Of a stretch of DNA of 64,000 nt, positions 42,327-51,488 are shown in pieces. Numbering within the stretch: the first letter of the stretch is position 1; every line of letters starts with the position of its first letter. The DNA comes from an uncultured Chloroflexia bacterium (GTDB lineage: Bacteria; Chloroflexota; Limnocylindria; Limnocylindrales; CSP1-4). The stretch is from contig CAWAHN010000004.1 in assembly GCA_963781845.1 (NCBI GenBank), forward strand, positions 256,050 through 320,049, read 5' to 3'. The notes under the pieces are model-generated. The model ran no database searches. It was not told the DNA's origin and worked only from the letters and a program-made list of their open reading frames with translations. A program made the translations under genes and the position numbers.

Positions 42327-43700
42327 ATGAGCGAGCCGCGTCATCGATGGACCGCCGCCCTGGGCCTCCGTCGCTGGCTGACGCCGGGGATCGGGATCAA
42401 GCGCTGGCTGGTCGTCGTCTTCCTCGGCGAGCTCGGCCTGGCGTTCGGCCTGGCATTCGTCCTCCGCCAGGTCTACCGCGACGTGGAGCTGGGCGAGCCC
42501 GCCCAGTCGATCGTGTCGACGGTGACCCTCCAGTTCCTGCCCTACTGGCTGCGCGCCCTGATCCTGGCCTCCGTCGGCGTCGCGATCTTCGCCTTCGCGG
42601 CCTGGAAGGTGGTCCGCGTCCTGACCGGCCCGTATCGTTCGGACGACGAGGACCGGCCGCTCGTCGAGGTCATCTACCAGAAGCGCTTCCTCGCCCGCGG
42701 CCCACGGATCGTGGCGCTCGGCGGTGGGACCGGCCTGTCGACCCTCCTGCGCGGGCTCAAGGAACACACCAGCAACCTCACCGCGGTCGTGACCGTCGCC
42801 GACGACGGCGGCTCGTCGGGCAAGCTCCGCGAGCAGCTCGGCGTCCCGCCGGTCGGCGACATCCGCAACTGCATCGTCGCCCTGGCCGACGCCGAGCCGC
42901 TGATGGGTCGCCTGCTCCAGTACCGCTTCCCCGGCGACGAGGTCCCCGAGAGCCTGGGCGGTCATGCCATCGGCAATCTCCTGATCGCCGCGATGACCGC
43001 CGTCCAGGACGGCGACTTCGAGGAAGGCGTCCGGCAGATGAACCGGGTGCTCGCCGTTCGGGGGCAGGTCGTCCCGGCGTCATCGACCCCGCTCATCCTC
43101 CATGCGGCGTTGAGCGACGGGACCGAGGTCGTCGGCCAGTCGCGGATCGCGGCGACGAGCGGGATCGAGCGGGTCTGGCTGATGCCGGAGCGGGTCGACG
43201 CCTCGTCCGACGCGATCGCTGCGATCGCCGAGGCCGACGTCCTGGTGATCGGTCCCGGCAGCCTGTTCACGAGCGTGCTGCCGGCGCTCCTGCTGCCCGA
43301 GATCCGGGCGGCGGTGCTGGCCTCGGCCGCGCCGCGGATCTACGTCTGCAACGTCGCCACCCAACCCGGGGAGACCAGCGACTTCGACCTGGCCGATCAC
43401 GTCGAGGCGCTCGAACGGCACGTCTCTAGCGGCATCGTGGACATCGTCTTGGCCAACAACCGGGCCGAGCCGCGACGGACCGAGGACGCCGGCGCCGTCG
43501 AGGTCCACGACGGGGACGCGATCCGGCTGCGCTGGCCGCCGAACGTCGAGCGCCCGCCGCGCCTGGTCCTCGACGACCTGGTCGATCCAGCCGACCCCCG
43601 CCATCACGACCCCGTCCGCCTGGCCGCCGCGATCATCCGCATCGCCGAGCGGGACGGCGCCGCCCGCCGGCGTGGCGGGAGCGTCGCTCGGACCGCGTGA
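42327..43700 (+). CDS. yvcK: YvcK/CuvA-family (CofD-like, UPF0052) protein with N-terminal membrane anchor
   Basis: Blocks present: IVALGGGTGLSTLLRGLK, VTVADDGGSSGKLR, GHAIGNLLIAAM and IGPGSLFTSVLP. Confidence 0.9.
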   Translation: MSEPRHRWTAALGLRRWLTPGIGIKRWLVVVFLGELGLAFGLAFVLRQVYRDVELGEPAQSIVSTVTLQFLPYWLRALILASVGVAIFAFAAWKVVRVLTGPYRSDDEDRPLVEVIYQKRFLARGPRIVALGGGTGLSTLLRGLKEHTSNLTAVVTVADDGGSSGKLREQLGVPPVGDIRNCIVALADAEPLMGRLLQYRFPGDEVPESLGGHAIGNLLIAAMTAVQDGDFEEGVRQMNRVLAVRGQVVPASSTPLILHAALSDGTEVVGQSRIAATSGIERVWLMPERVDASSDAIAAIAEADVLVIGPGSLFTSVLPALLLPEIRAAVLASAAPRIYVCNVATQPGETSDFDLADHVEALERHVSSGIVDIVLANNRAEPRRTEDAGAVEVHDGDAIRLRWPPNVERPPRLVLDDLVDPADPRHHDPVRLAAAIIRIAERDGAARRRGGSVARTA

Positions 43701-43742
43701 CCGTCGCCCGTCGCGCCGCCCGGACGGGGCGGCGATGAGCCG

Positions 43743-44594
43743 GTGCCGTCGGGCGTGAGCGGCACGGATCGCGATCTGGTCAGTGCCATCCGGGCCGAGC
43801 TCGCCTCGATCGTCCCCGGTCGAGCCTGCGATCGCGAGGCGGAATCCGCCGGCCTGGGGACGGCGCTGGCCACCCGCGAGGCCGCGGTCGCCCGACTCGC
43901 GGTCCGCCTCGGGCGCGAGCCGACCGAGGCCGGCCGGTTGTTGACGACGCCCCGCCGGACCAAGCACGTGCGGGTCGAGGAGGGCGCCGCCGACGCCCCG
44001 CCGTTCGACTGGGACCACGCGGCCGACCATTGCCGCCTCGCCTGGCTGCGGGGCCGGTTCCTGGCCCGCGGCTCGCTCAGCCTCGCCTCGGGTCGGGCCC
44101 ACCTCGAATTCGTGGTCGCGCCGGACGAGGCGCCGGTCCTCGCCGCTCGCCTCGACGCCCTCGGCATGCCGGCCTCGTGGCGTCTGCGACGCGGGCGCGG
44201 CGTGGTGACCTGGAAGAGCGCCGATACCATCGGGACGTTCCTCCGCCGGATCGGCGCCGGCTCGGCGATCCTCGAGCTGGAGAGCCGGCAGGTGGCGCGC
44301 GCGCTGCGCGGGGACATCAACCGGGTCATCAACGCCGAGTCGGCCAATCTGCAGCGGGCGGTCGTCGCTTCGGCCCGGCAGCTTCGGGCGATCGACCGGC
44401 TCGAGGCCGACGGCCGATTGGCGGACCAGCCGTACGTGGTCCGGATCGTCGCGGCGGCTCGCCGGGACACGCCCGAGGCGACCTTCGCCGAGCTCGCGGC
44501 CAGGCTCGAGCTCCACCGCTCGACCGTCCAGCGGGCGCTCGAGCGGGTCGAGCGGCTGGCCGAGCGCCCGGAAGCCGCCGCCGCTCTGGCATGA
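43743..44594 (+). CDS. whiA: DNA-binding protein WhiA
   Basis: It has a degenerate LAGLIDADG-like core (AWLRGRFLARGSLS...HLEFVV) and a C-terminal HTH (FAELAARLELHRSTVQRALERVERLA). It sits in the conserved position after rapZ-yvcK. Confidence 0.9.
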   Translation: MPSGVSGTDRDLVSAIRAELASIVPGRACDREAESAGLGTALATREAAVARLAVRLGREPTEAGRLLTTPRRTKHVRVEEGAADAPPFDWDHAADHCRLAWLRGRFLARGSLSLASGRAHLEFVVAPDEAPVLAARLDALGMPASWRLRRGRGVVTWKSADTIGTFLRRIGAGSAILELESRQVARALRGDINRVINAESANLQRAVVASARQLRAIDRLEADGRLADQPYVVRIVAAARRDTPEATFAELAARLELHRSTVQRALERVERLAERPEAAAALA

Positions 44595-44601
44595 TTCGCC
44601 G

Positions 44602-45414
44602 ATGAGATCCGTCGTCATCGCCGCCAATTGGAAGATGCATACGACCCCGGCCGATGCCGCCGAGCTGGCGGCCACGATCGCTGGACGGACGCAGGTCGAC
44701 GGCCCGGTCGAGCGGGTCATCTGTCCGCCGTTCGTCTGCCTCGCGGCCGTGCGCGATGCCCTGGCCGGGACGGGGGTGGCGGTCGGCGCCCAGAACGTCC
44801 ATCACGAGCTGACCGGCGCGTTCACCGGCGAGACGAGCGTCCCGATGCTGGTCGGGCTCGCGTCGTGGGTCATCGTCGGGCACTCCGAGCGTCGTCGAGA
44901 CGCCGGTGAGACCGATGCGCTGATCGGTCGGAAGCTGCGCCGGGCGGTCGACGGCGGTCTCCGCCCCATCGTCTGCGTCGGTGAGCAGCTCACCGAGCGC
45001 GAGGACGGCCGCGCGGACGCCGTGGTCAGCGGCCAGATCCGCGGGATCCTCGAGGCCTTCGGCGACGGTGCGCCCGCCGACCTCGCGACCGACCTGTCGT
45101 CGAGCGGGACGGTGATCGCCTACGAGCCGGTGTGGGCCATCGGGACCGGGCGCAACGCGACCGGGGCCGACGCGTCGGCGATGGCCGACACCATCCGCCG
45201 GGCGATGGCCGAGGCAGGACTCGGGTCCGGCGCCGAGGCGATCCCGGTCCTCTACGGCGGGAGTGTCACCGCGGCGAACATCGGCGAGTTCCTCGCCGAA
45301 CCGGCCATCGACGGGGCGCTCGTGGGCGGGGCGTCGCTCAAGCCGGACGAGATGGCCGGCATCGTCGCCCGGGCCGGCCTGACGGCCACGGCCCGGGCCG
45401 GCGGACGCGGGTGA
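44602..45414 (+). CDS. tpiA: Triosephosphate isomerase
   Basis: Blocks present: IAANWKMH, VIVGHSERR, IAYEPVWAIGTG and LYGGSV. Confidence 0.95.
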   Translation: MRSVVIAANWKMHTTPADAAELAATIAGRTQVDGPVERVICPPFVCLAAVRDALAGTGVAVGAQNVHHELTGAFTGETSVPMLVGLASWVIVGHSERRRDAGETDALIGRKLRRAVDGGLRPIVCVGEQLTEREDGRADAVVSGQIRGILEAFGDGAPADLATDLSSSGTVIAYEPVWAIGTGRNATGADASAMADTIRRAMAEAGLGSGAEAIPVLYGGSVTAANIGEFLAEPAIDGALVGGASLKPDEMAGIVARAGLTATARAGGRG

Positions 45415-47039
45415 CGGCCGGACCACCCGACCGGCCTCGACCGATCGTCCTGGTCGTGCTCGACGGGTTCGGGCTGGGCCGCGATCGGGCGTCGGACGCC
45501 GTCGCGGCGGCATCGATGCCGACCTGGCGCGACCTGCTGGGACGCTGGCCGAACGCGGTCCTGCGGGCGTCCGAGGACGCGGTCGGGCTGCCGCCGGGCC
45601 AGATGGGCAACTCCGAGGTCGGACACCTGAACCTGGGGACCGGACAGCCCGTGCTCCAGGACCTGCCGCGGATCGACGCGGCGCTCGCCGACGGGTCCTT
45701 CTTCGACCGTCCGGCGCTGCTCGCCGCGTGCGATCGGGCGGCCCGGCCGGGCGGGCGGCTCCATCTCATCAGCCTGATCGGTCCGGGCGGGGTGCACGCC
45801 AACGACCGCCACCTCGTGGGGCTGGTCGAGCTCGCCGCCCGGCGCGGCGTGCCCGAGGTGCGGATCCACGCGCTCCTCGACGGTCGGGACACGCCACCGA
45901 GCTCGGCGGCGGGGTTCGTCGCCGATCTGGAACGGCGCCTCGCGGCGACCCATCCCGACGCGAGGATCGCGACCGTTGGCGGCCGCTACTACGCGATGGA
46001 TCGCGACAAGCGCTGGGAGCGGGTCGCCCTCGGGTATGGGGCGATCGTCCACGGGGTGGGGGAGCGTGCCCCATCGGCCGCGGCGGCGATCTCGGCCGCG
46101 CTCGCTCGGGGTGAGACGGATGAATTCGTTCGACCGACGGTGGTCGACGGGGTCGATGGACGGGTCCGCGACGGCGATCCGATCGTCCATGCCAACTTCC
46201 GAGCCGATCGGGCCCGCGAGCTGACCCACGCCCTGGCCGATGCGGGGTTCGGCGCGTTCGATCGATCCGGCCCGGACGGATCCCCGCCGCCGCGCGACCT
46301 GCTGGTCGTGACGATGACCGAGTACGAGGGCGATCTGCCGGTCGAGGTCGCGTTCCCGCCGGAGGAGGTGCCCTCGCTGGCCGGGGCGGTATCCGCGGCG
46401 GGTTGGCGTCAGCTCCACGTCGCGGAGACCGAGAAGTACGCCCACGTGACGTACTTCTTCAACGGCGGTCGCGAGGCGGCCTGGCCGGGCGAGGACCGGA
46501 TCCTGGTCCCGAGCGCGAAGGTCGCGACCTACGACCTGCAGCCCGAGATGAGCGCGCCGGGCGTGACCGATGCGCTCGTCGCCGCGATCGGTTCGGGGAC
46601 CTACGACTTCATCGTGGCCAACTACGCCAATCCGGACATGGTCGGCCACACCGGGGTTTGGGATGCCACGCTGCGCGCCCTGGCGACGATCGACGTCTGC
46701 CTCGCCCGGGTCGTGGAGGCCGTCGACGCGGTCGGCCGCGACGATCCGGACGGGACCGGGTCGGTCCTGCTGATCACTGCCGACCACGGCAACGCGGACG
46801 CCATGCGGGACGCGGCCGGAGCCCCGGTCACCGCGCACTCGCTCAACCCGGTCCCGATCGTGGCCGTCGGCCGAGCGGTGGCCGGCCGCCGCCTCCACGA
46901 CGGGGTCCTGGCCGACGTCACCCCGACCATCCTCGAGCTCGCCGGGCTGCCGGCCTGGCCGGGCGTCGTGGGTCACTCGCTGCTCGAGCCTGTGCTACCA
47001 TCCGACGGCCCTTCAAGACTGAGGTCTGCGCGTCCGTGA
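45411..47039 (+). CDS. gpmI: 2,3-bisphosphoglycerate-independent phosphoglycerate mutase
   Basis: The GTG overlaps the tpiA stop (GTGA). Blocks present: LVVLDGFGL, MGNSEVGHLNLGTG, HLISLIGPGGVHAN, GRYYAMDRDKRWER, ANYANPDMVGHTG and ITADHGNAD. Confidence 0.93.
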   Translation: MTAGPPDRPRPIVLVVLDGFGLGRDRASDAVAAASMPTWRDLLGRWPNAVLRASEDAVGLPPGQMGNSEVGHLNLGTGQPVLQDLPRIDAALADGSFFDRPALLAACDRAARPGGRLHLISLIGPGGVHANDRHLVGLVELAARRGVPEVRIHALLDGRDTPPSSAAGFVADLERRLAATHPDARIATVGGRYYAMDRDKRWERVALGYGAIVHGVGERAPSAAAAISAALARGETDEFVRPTVVDGVDGRVRDGDPIVHANFRADRARELTHALADAGFGAFDRSGPDGSPPPRDLLVVTMTEYEGDLPVEVAFPPEEVPSLAGAVSAAGWRQLHVAETEKYAHVTYFFNGGREAAWPGEDRILVPSAKVATYDLQPEMSAPGVTDALVAAIGSGTYDFIVANYANPDMVGHTGVWDATLRALATIDVCLARVVEAVDAVGRDDPDGTGSVLLITADHGNADAMRDAAGAPVTAHSLNPVPIVAVGRAVAGRRLHDGVLADVTPTILELAGLPAWPGVVGHSLLEPVLPSDGPSRLRSARP

Positions 47040-47272
47040 ATCCGCTCTTCGCCGTCGGTCAGATCGTCGTCGGCATCGCCCTGATGATCTCGATCCTGCT
47101 CCAGGCCCGGGGTACCGGCTTGTCCGGCGCCTTCGGCGGCGACAATGCGGTCTACCGGAGCCGACGCGGCGTCGAACGACGACTGTGGCAGTTCACGATC
47201 GTCCTGATGATCCTGTTCGTCACGTTCTCGCTGGCCTCGTTCGCGCTGTACACCACGACGCCGTCGACCTGA
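47036..47272 (+). CDS. secG: Preprotein translocase subunit SecG
   Basis: The GTG overlaps the gpmI stop (GTGA). This 78-aa two-TM protein carries LLQARGTGLSGAFGG. Confidence 0.85.
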   Translation: MNPLFAVGQIVVGIALMISILLQARGTGLSGAFGGDNAVYRSRRGVERRLWQFTIVLMILFVTFSLASFALYTTTPST

Positions 47273-47343
47273 CGAGCACGATCGCCCGCTGATGGGCGAC
47301 CCGTCGGACGACGCGGCGTGAGCGCCCGTCGGAGGCCAACACA

Positions 47344-49245
47344 TTGACCAATCGCGACCGCGGGATCGTCGCTGTCCTCGGTGTCCTGCTCATCGGCCTG
47401 TCGGTCGCCGTCGCGCTGCCGGGATCGTCGAGCGGCACCGCCCAGACCGCGCCGCCGCCGGGTGAGTCCGCCCCGCCGCCGTCGGTCGGTCCGACGCCGG
47501 CCGCGGACGTCGTCTACCGGGAAGGGACGATCGGTCGCCCGAGCTCGATCAACCCGCTGACCGCACGGACCCAGGCGGATCGCGACCTCGCCGCGCTCGT
47601 CTTCAGCGGCCTGGTCGCCCTCGGCCCGGACGGCACCTACCGGCCCGACCTCGCGTCCGGGTGGAGCGTCGACGACAAGGGCAAGACGTGGACGTTCACG
47701 ATCCGGGACGACGCCACCTGGCAGGACGGCGTGCCGGTCACGTCGGCGGACGTCGTCTACACCGTCAACGTCCTCAAGGATCCGAGCTACACGGGGCCGC
47801 TCGGGGCGTCGTGGCGCGAGGTGAACGTGACCGCGATCGACGACAAGACCGTCCGGTTCGAGCTCACCACGCCGATCGGCGGGTTCCTCCAGGCCGCGAC
47901 CGTCGGTCTCCTCCCGGTCCATCTCCTGGACCAGGCCCCGATCGAGACGCTGGCCGACGATCCGTTCAGCCTCCAGCCGGTCGGGTCGGGCCCGTTCGTC
48001 CTGACATCGTGGAACGCGGCATCCGCCAGCCTCGTCCCGGCCAGTGCGGCGAACATCCCGGCGGCGGACCCGAGCGCCGGATCCGACACGCCGATCGGCG
48101 ACGCCAGCCCCAGCCCGGACGCGGCCACGCCCGAGCCGACCGCGACCCCGGAGCCGACGCCGAGCGCGACCCCAGGGCCCGCCGCGACGGCCACGGGTTC
48201 GGCGAAGCCCGGCGGCTCGCCGAAGGCCACGCCGAGGCCCACCCCGGCACCGACGCCGTCGCCGGTCCCGACGACGCGGCCCGAGGCGCAGCTCCCGGGC
48301 ATCGAGATGTCGTTCTACCCGGACGCCGCCGCCCTCGCCGATGCGTACCGCGCGGGACTCCTCGATGCGGCATCGGGGCTCCCGCCCGACGTGGCGGCCC
48401 AGCTCGCGGCGCAACCGGGCAATCGCCTGCTGAGCTACCCGCGGACGACCCTGACCGCGATCGCCCTCAACCTGCGGCCCGGCAACGGCGAGCTCCGATC
48501 GCCGCTCGTCCGACACGGGCTGCTCGCGGCGATCGACCGCGCGACGCTCATCGACGACGTCTTCGGCGGTGCGGCGTCCCGGGCGGACTCGCTCATCCCG
48601 CCGTCGTCGTGGGCGTTCGACGCCAAGACGAGTCGCCCGGTCCGGTTCGACCCGAAGCGAGCGGCGGCCGATCTCAAGGCGGCCGGCTGGAAGCGGCTGG
48701 CAGGTGGCTGGGCCGCGCCCGGATCGAAGAAGCCGTACCAGATGGAGCTGATCTCGCCCGATCACGCCACGAACCCGACCGCGATGGCCGCGGCCGAGGC
48801 GGTGGCCAAGGACTGGCAGCGGTTCGGGCTGCAGACCACGGTCACCGGTCTCCCTCCCACGGAGTTCGTCCAGGACCGGCTGCGGGCCGGCAAGTTCCAG
48901 TCCGCCGCGATCGACGTCACGATCGGACTCGATCCCGATCTGTACCCGCTCCTGGCGTCGACCCAGGTCGCCAAAGGGGGGTCGAACTTCAGCGGGATCC
49001 AGGACGTCGCCCTCGATCGCGACCTGATCCACGCCCGCGCTCCCGGGTCCGAAGCGGCCCGCAAGGCGGCGTACGCCAAGCTCCAGGCTCGGCTGGTGGC
49101 CAAGGACTACATCCTGCCGCTGGCCTTCCGCGACGAGCTCGTGGTGGTCTCGGACCGGGTCAAGGGACAGGCCATCCGCGAGCTCGGGGACGCCAGTGAC
49201 CGCTTCTGGGACGTGCTATCATGGCGCCTCGCTGACGGCGGTTGA
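47344..49245 (+). CDS. ABC transporter substrate-binding protein, family 5 (peptide/nickel, DppA/OppA-like), with a P/T/A-rich internal insertion
   Basis: The start is TTG, followed by an N-terminal signal/anchor. The family-5 block is INPLTARTQADRDLAALVFSGLVALGPDGTYRPDLASGWSVDDKGKTWTFTIRDDATWQDGVPVTSADVVYT. No permease or ATPase genes are adjacent. Confidence 0.85.
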   Translation: MTNRDRGIVAVLGVLLIGLSVAVALPGSSSGTAQTAPPPGESAPPPSVGPTPAADVVYREGTIGRPSSINPLTARTQADRDLAALVFSGLVALGPDGTYRPDLASGWSVDDKGKTWTFTIRDDATWQDGVPVTSADVVYTVNVLKDPSYTGPLGASWREVNVTAIDDKTVRFELTTPIGGFLQAATVGLLPVHLLDQAPIETLADDPFSLQPVGSGPFVLTSWNAASASLVPASAANIPAADPSAGSDTPIGDASPSPDAATPEPTATPEPTPSATPGPAATATGSAKPGGSPKATPRPTPAPTPSPVPTTRPEAQLPGIEMSFYPDAAALADAYRAGLLDAASGLPPDVAAQLAAQPGNRLLSYPRTTLTAIALNLRPGNGELRSPLVRHGLLAAIDRATLIDDVFGGAASRADSLIPPSSWAFDAKTSRPVRFDPKRAAADLKAAGWKRLAGGWAAPGSKKPYQMELISPDHATNPTAMAAAEAVAKDWQRFGLQTTVTGLPPTEFVQDRLRAGKFQSAAIDVTIGLDPDLYPLLASTQVAKGGSNFSGIQDVALDRDLIHARAPGSEAARKAAYAKLQARLVAKDYILPLAFRDELVVVSDRVKGQAIRELGDASDRFWDVLSWRLADGG

Positions 49246-49273
49246 GCCCGCTCTTCCGTCGCCTGGGACTCTC

Positions 49274-49360
49274 GCCGAGGTGGCGGAATCGGTAGACGCG
49301 CTAGCTTCAGGAGCTAGTGTCCGCAAGGGCGTATGGGTTCAAATCCCTTCCTCGGTACCA
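49274..49360 (+). tRNA. tRNA-Leu (anticodon CAG), type II, CCA encoded
   Basis: The cloverleaf has acceptor GCCGAGG/CCTCGGT, anticodon stem-loop CTAGC-TTCAGGA-GCTAG, a long variable arm, and the GGTTCAAATCC T-arm. Confidence 0.9.
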
Positions 49361-49390
49361 CCCTCGACCGAGCCTCAGACAGCGTTCGAT

Positions 49391-49475
49391 GCCCAGGTGG
49401 CGGAATTGGTATACGCGTACGTTTGAGGGGCGTATGAGGCAACTCATCCGGGTTCAAGTCCCGGCCTGGGCACCA
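49391..49475 (+). tRNA. tRNA-Leu (anticodon GAG), type II, CCA encoded
   Basis: The acceptor is GCCCAGG/CCTGGGC and the anticodon stem-loop is TACGT-TTGAGGG-GCGTA. It has a long variable arm and the GGTTCAAGTCC T-arm. Confidence 0.9.
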
Positions 49476-49492
49476 TCCCCGCACTGATCCCG

Positions 49493-49519
49493 ACGGCGGT
49501 CCGACCTCCGGACCGCCGT
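49493..49519 (+). terminator. Hairpin (11-bp stem ACGGCGGTCCG / CGGACCGCCGT, 5-nt loop) directly after the tRNA-Leu pair
   Basis: The perfect inverted repeat was read from the sequence. It is followed by a T-poor tail (gttccaatt), so intrinsic-terminator function is only plausible. Confidence 0.45.
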
Positions 49520-49575
49520 TCCAATTCCGGGTACGGGCCGGTCCTGGCGGTCGACCGCGGTGACCGCCATCGGCA

Positions 49576-49650
49576 CCTCCCCTCGCCCAGTGCCGCGCCC
49601 GCCCCGATCCAGATGCGCCTCCCCTCGCCCAGTGCCGCGCCCGCCCCGAT
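49576..49650. repeat. 33-nt direct repeat cctcccctcgcccagtgccgcgcccgccccgat x2 (period 42 nt)
   Basis: Exact copies lie at 49576-49608 and 49618-49650, in the tRNA-Leu/tRNA-Val spacer. Confidence 0.9.
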
Positions 49651-49906
49651 AGAACGGCCATTGCTACCGGACCGTCCACGCCCGTCCGCTCCGGGCCATC
49701 ACGTGCCCTTGAGCGCGCCCTCATTCACGGCCGTTGTATCTCGGGTCGCAAGTGGTCCAACGTGAACCGATGCCGCCTGCCAGAGTCACACTCGGACGGT
49801 TCCTAGCAATGGTGGTTCTATCCGGCCGGCGGCCGGCGGCCGGCGGGCGGCAGCGGCGAGCGGCGACGGCACCCGCCGCGATCGCGGACGTATCCTGCCC
49901 CTGCCC

Positions 49907-49983
49907 GGGCGGTTAGCTCAGTCGGTCAGAGCGCCTCGCTTACACCGAGGATGTCGGGGGTTCGAGTCCCTCACCGCCCACCA
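49907..49983 (+). tRNA. tRNA-Val (anticodon TAC), CCA encoded
   Basis: The sequence begins GGGCGGTTAGCTCAGTCGGTCAGAGC. The anticodon stem-loop is CCTCG-CTTACAC-CGAGG. It has the GGTTCGAGTCC T-arm and acceptor ACCGCCC-A-CCA. Confidence 0.92.
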
Positions 49984-50169
49984 CGATCGGAGCACGAAAT
50001 GGCTCCTCCGACCGCCTTGAGTGGGATGGGGAGGGCCTTGCTGACAGACTGCGGACGAGCGTCGGCCAGTCGCGGATCGGCGAGTGCCCTGGGAAGATGC
50101 CGATGACCGGGTAGCTGGTCGGCTGCGAGCATACTTGCCTTCCATCCAGTACCCCAAGGAGGGCCCGAC

Positions 50170-50553
50170 GTGTCAACGGAGCAGAACGAGGCTGTCGTCC
50201 GCCGGTTCATGACCGAGGTTCTGCAGGGAGGCAACCTCGACGTGCTCGACGAGGTACTGGCCCCGACCTACGTCAACCCCGCGATGGGCGGTGCCGACCG
50301 GGCGGGCTTCAAGGCGATCCTGACCGGGATGGCGGCTTCCGCGGTCGCCATGCGCTTCACCATCAACGACCTCGTGGCCGACGGAGATGCGGTGGTCGCT
50401 CGCTTCACGAGCGAGGTGACCCGTCCCGATGGGGAGAAGGTCACAGCCCAAGGTCTCACCTTCTACCGTCTCGCCGATGGCAGGATCGTCGAAGACGACC
50501 CGTTCACGAGGCCGGATCTCGCGCAGCTCCTGGGCATGACGCCGCCCGCCTGA
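50170..50553 (+). CDS. SnoaL-like / ester cyclase (NTF2-fold) protein
   Basis: The GTG start is preceded by AAGGAGGG. The sequence NEAVVRRFMTEVLQGGNLDVLDEVLAPTYVN...GDAVVARFT...GLTFYRLADGRIVE is the typical predicted-ester-cyclase pattern. Confidence 0.75.
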   Translation: MSTEQNEAVVRRFMTEVLQGGNLDVLDEVLAPTYVNPAMGGADRAGFKAILTGMAASAVAMRFTINDLVADGDAVVARFTSEVTRPDGEKVTAQGLTFYRLADGRIVEDDPFTRPDLAQLLGMTPPA

Positions 50554-50678
50554 CGGAGGTCGTCCGGCCAGGCCGGGCATCGTTTCCGGGACCCCCCGCG
50601 GTCAGCGCACCGGGACCGACCGGGTCGTCCGACGGACGGGCTATTGCCTCGCCGCGGGTCGACCACCATGCTGGCCGC

Positions 50679-51488
50679 GTGACCGGTCGGACATCTCGGC
50701 GAGTCCCCGCGCTCCTTCTCGGGGGCCTGATGCTGGCTGCCCTGACCTTGCTGCTGCTCACGCTCGCTCCGATGGTGGGTCAGCCGCGGCGGGTCGTCGC
50801 CGTCCTTGTCATCGGGATCGTCTTCGACGCCGGGCTGTATCTCCTTCTCCGCCGAGAGCCGACGTTGAGTCCGAGGTTGCGAGAGGTCGTCGGCTTGGTC
50901 GTGCTCGGCGTCTTCGTCGTCGCGCTGTACGGTCTGATCGTCTGGGCAAGAACCGTCGGCCTCATCCGAGGCACGGGTGTGGTCGTACTCGTCGTCTCGC
51001 CGTGGGTCCTCGTGATCGTCGCCGGCGTCGTTGCGCTGACGGATCGACGCCGCGCGCGTCGGCGGTCGTTCGCCATCGACCCCGTCCGGTTGATCGTCAT
51101 CGCCTCCGTGGCGACTGCGGCGTGGTTCAGTGCAAGCCAATACGACTGGATGACGTTCCGACGTGAGGCCGGCACGGTCGCCGCGAGCGTCCTGACGCTG
51201 GCGATCGCGGCGGTCCTCATCGTGGCGTCTCGACTCCGACCCGGTTGGCTGGTCGGGCGGCCCGGGCTCGCGGTGCCAGGCGCCGAACGCATCGCCGAGT
51301 CTGACGAGGCGCCCACGGCCGGCGTGGCCGAGGCCGTCGCGGCGGGACCGACCTGGCTCGAGTACGTGGTGATGGGTGTCGCGATCATGGTCGTCCTGTT
51401 CTTCTCCATGGCGTTCATGAACAGTGGGCGAGTATCGAAGATCTTGGCGCCCGTCGAGTCGTACCCGCCGGTCGTCCCGTCGTACTAG
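50679..51488 (+). CDS. Hypothetical polytopic membrane protein (~7 hydrophobic helices)
   Basis: The 269-aa ORF has regularly spaced hydrophobic segments separated by Arg-rich loops. GC3 is lower than in the core genes. No family was recognised. Confidence 0.55.
   Translation: MTGRTSRRVPALLLGGLMLAALTLLLLTLAPMVGQPRRVVAVLVIGIVFDAGLYLLLRREPTLSPRLREVVGLVVLGVFVVALYGLIVWARTVGLIRGTGVVVLVVSPWVLVIVAGVVALTDRRRARRRSFAIDPVRLIVIASVATAAWFSASQYDWMTFRREAGTVAASVLTLAIAAVLIVASRLRPGWLVGRPGLAVPGAERIAESDEAPTAGVAEAVAAGPTWLEYVVMGVAIMVVLFFSMAFMNSGRVSKILAPVESYPPVVPSY

Noticed and set aside
49734-49916. A 60-aa ORF and a (CCGGCGG)n-like tract just upstream of tRNA-Val.
   Set aside because: The ORF is generated by the simple-sequence tract, has Arg/Ala/Gly-rich composition and runs into the tRNA gene. 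I treat it as non-coding spacer or promoter region.
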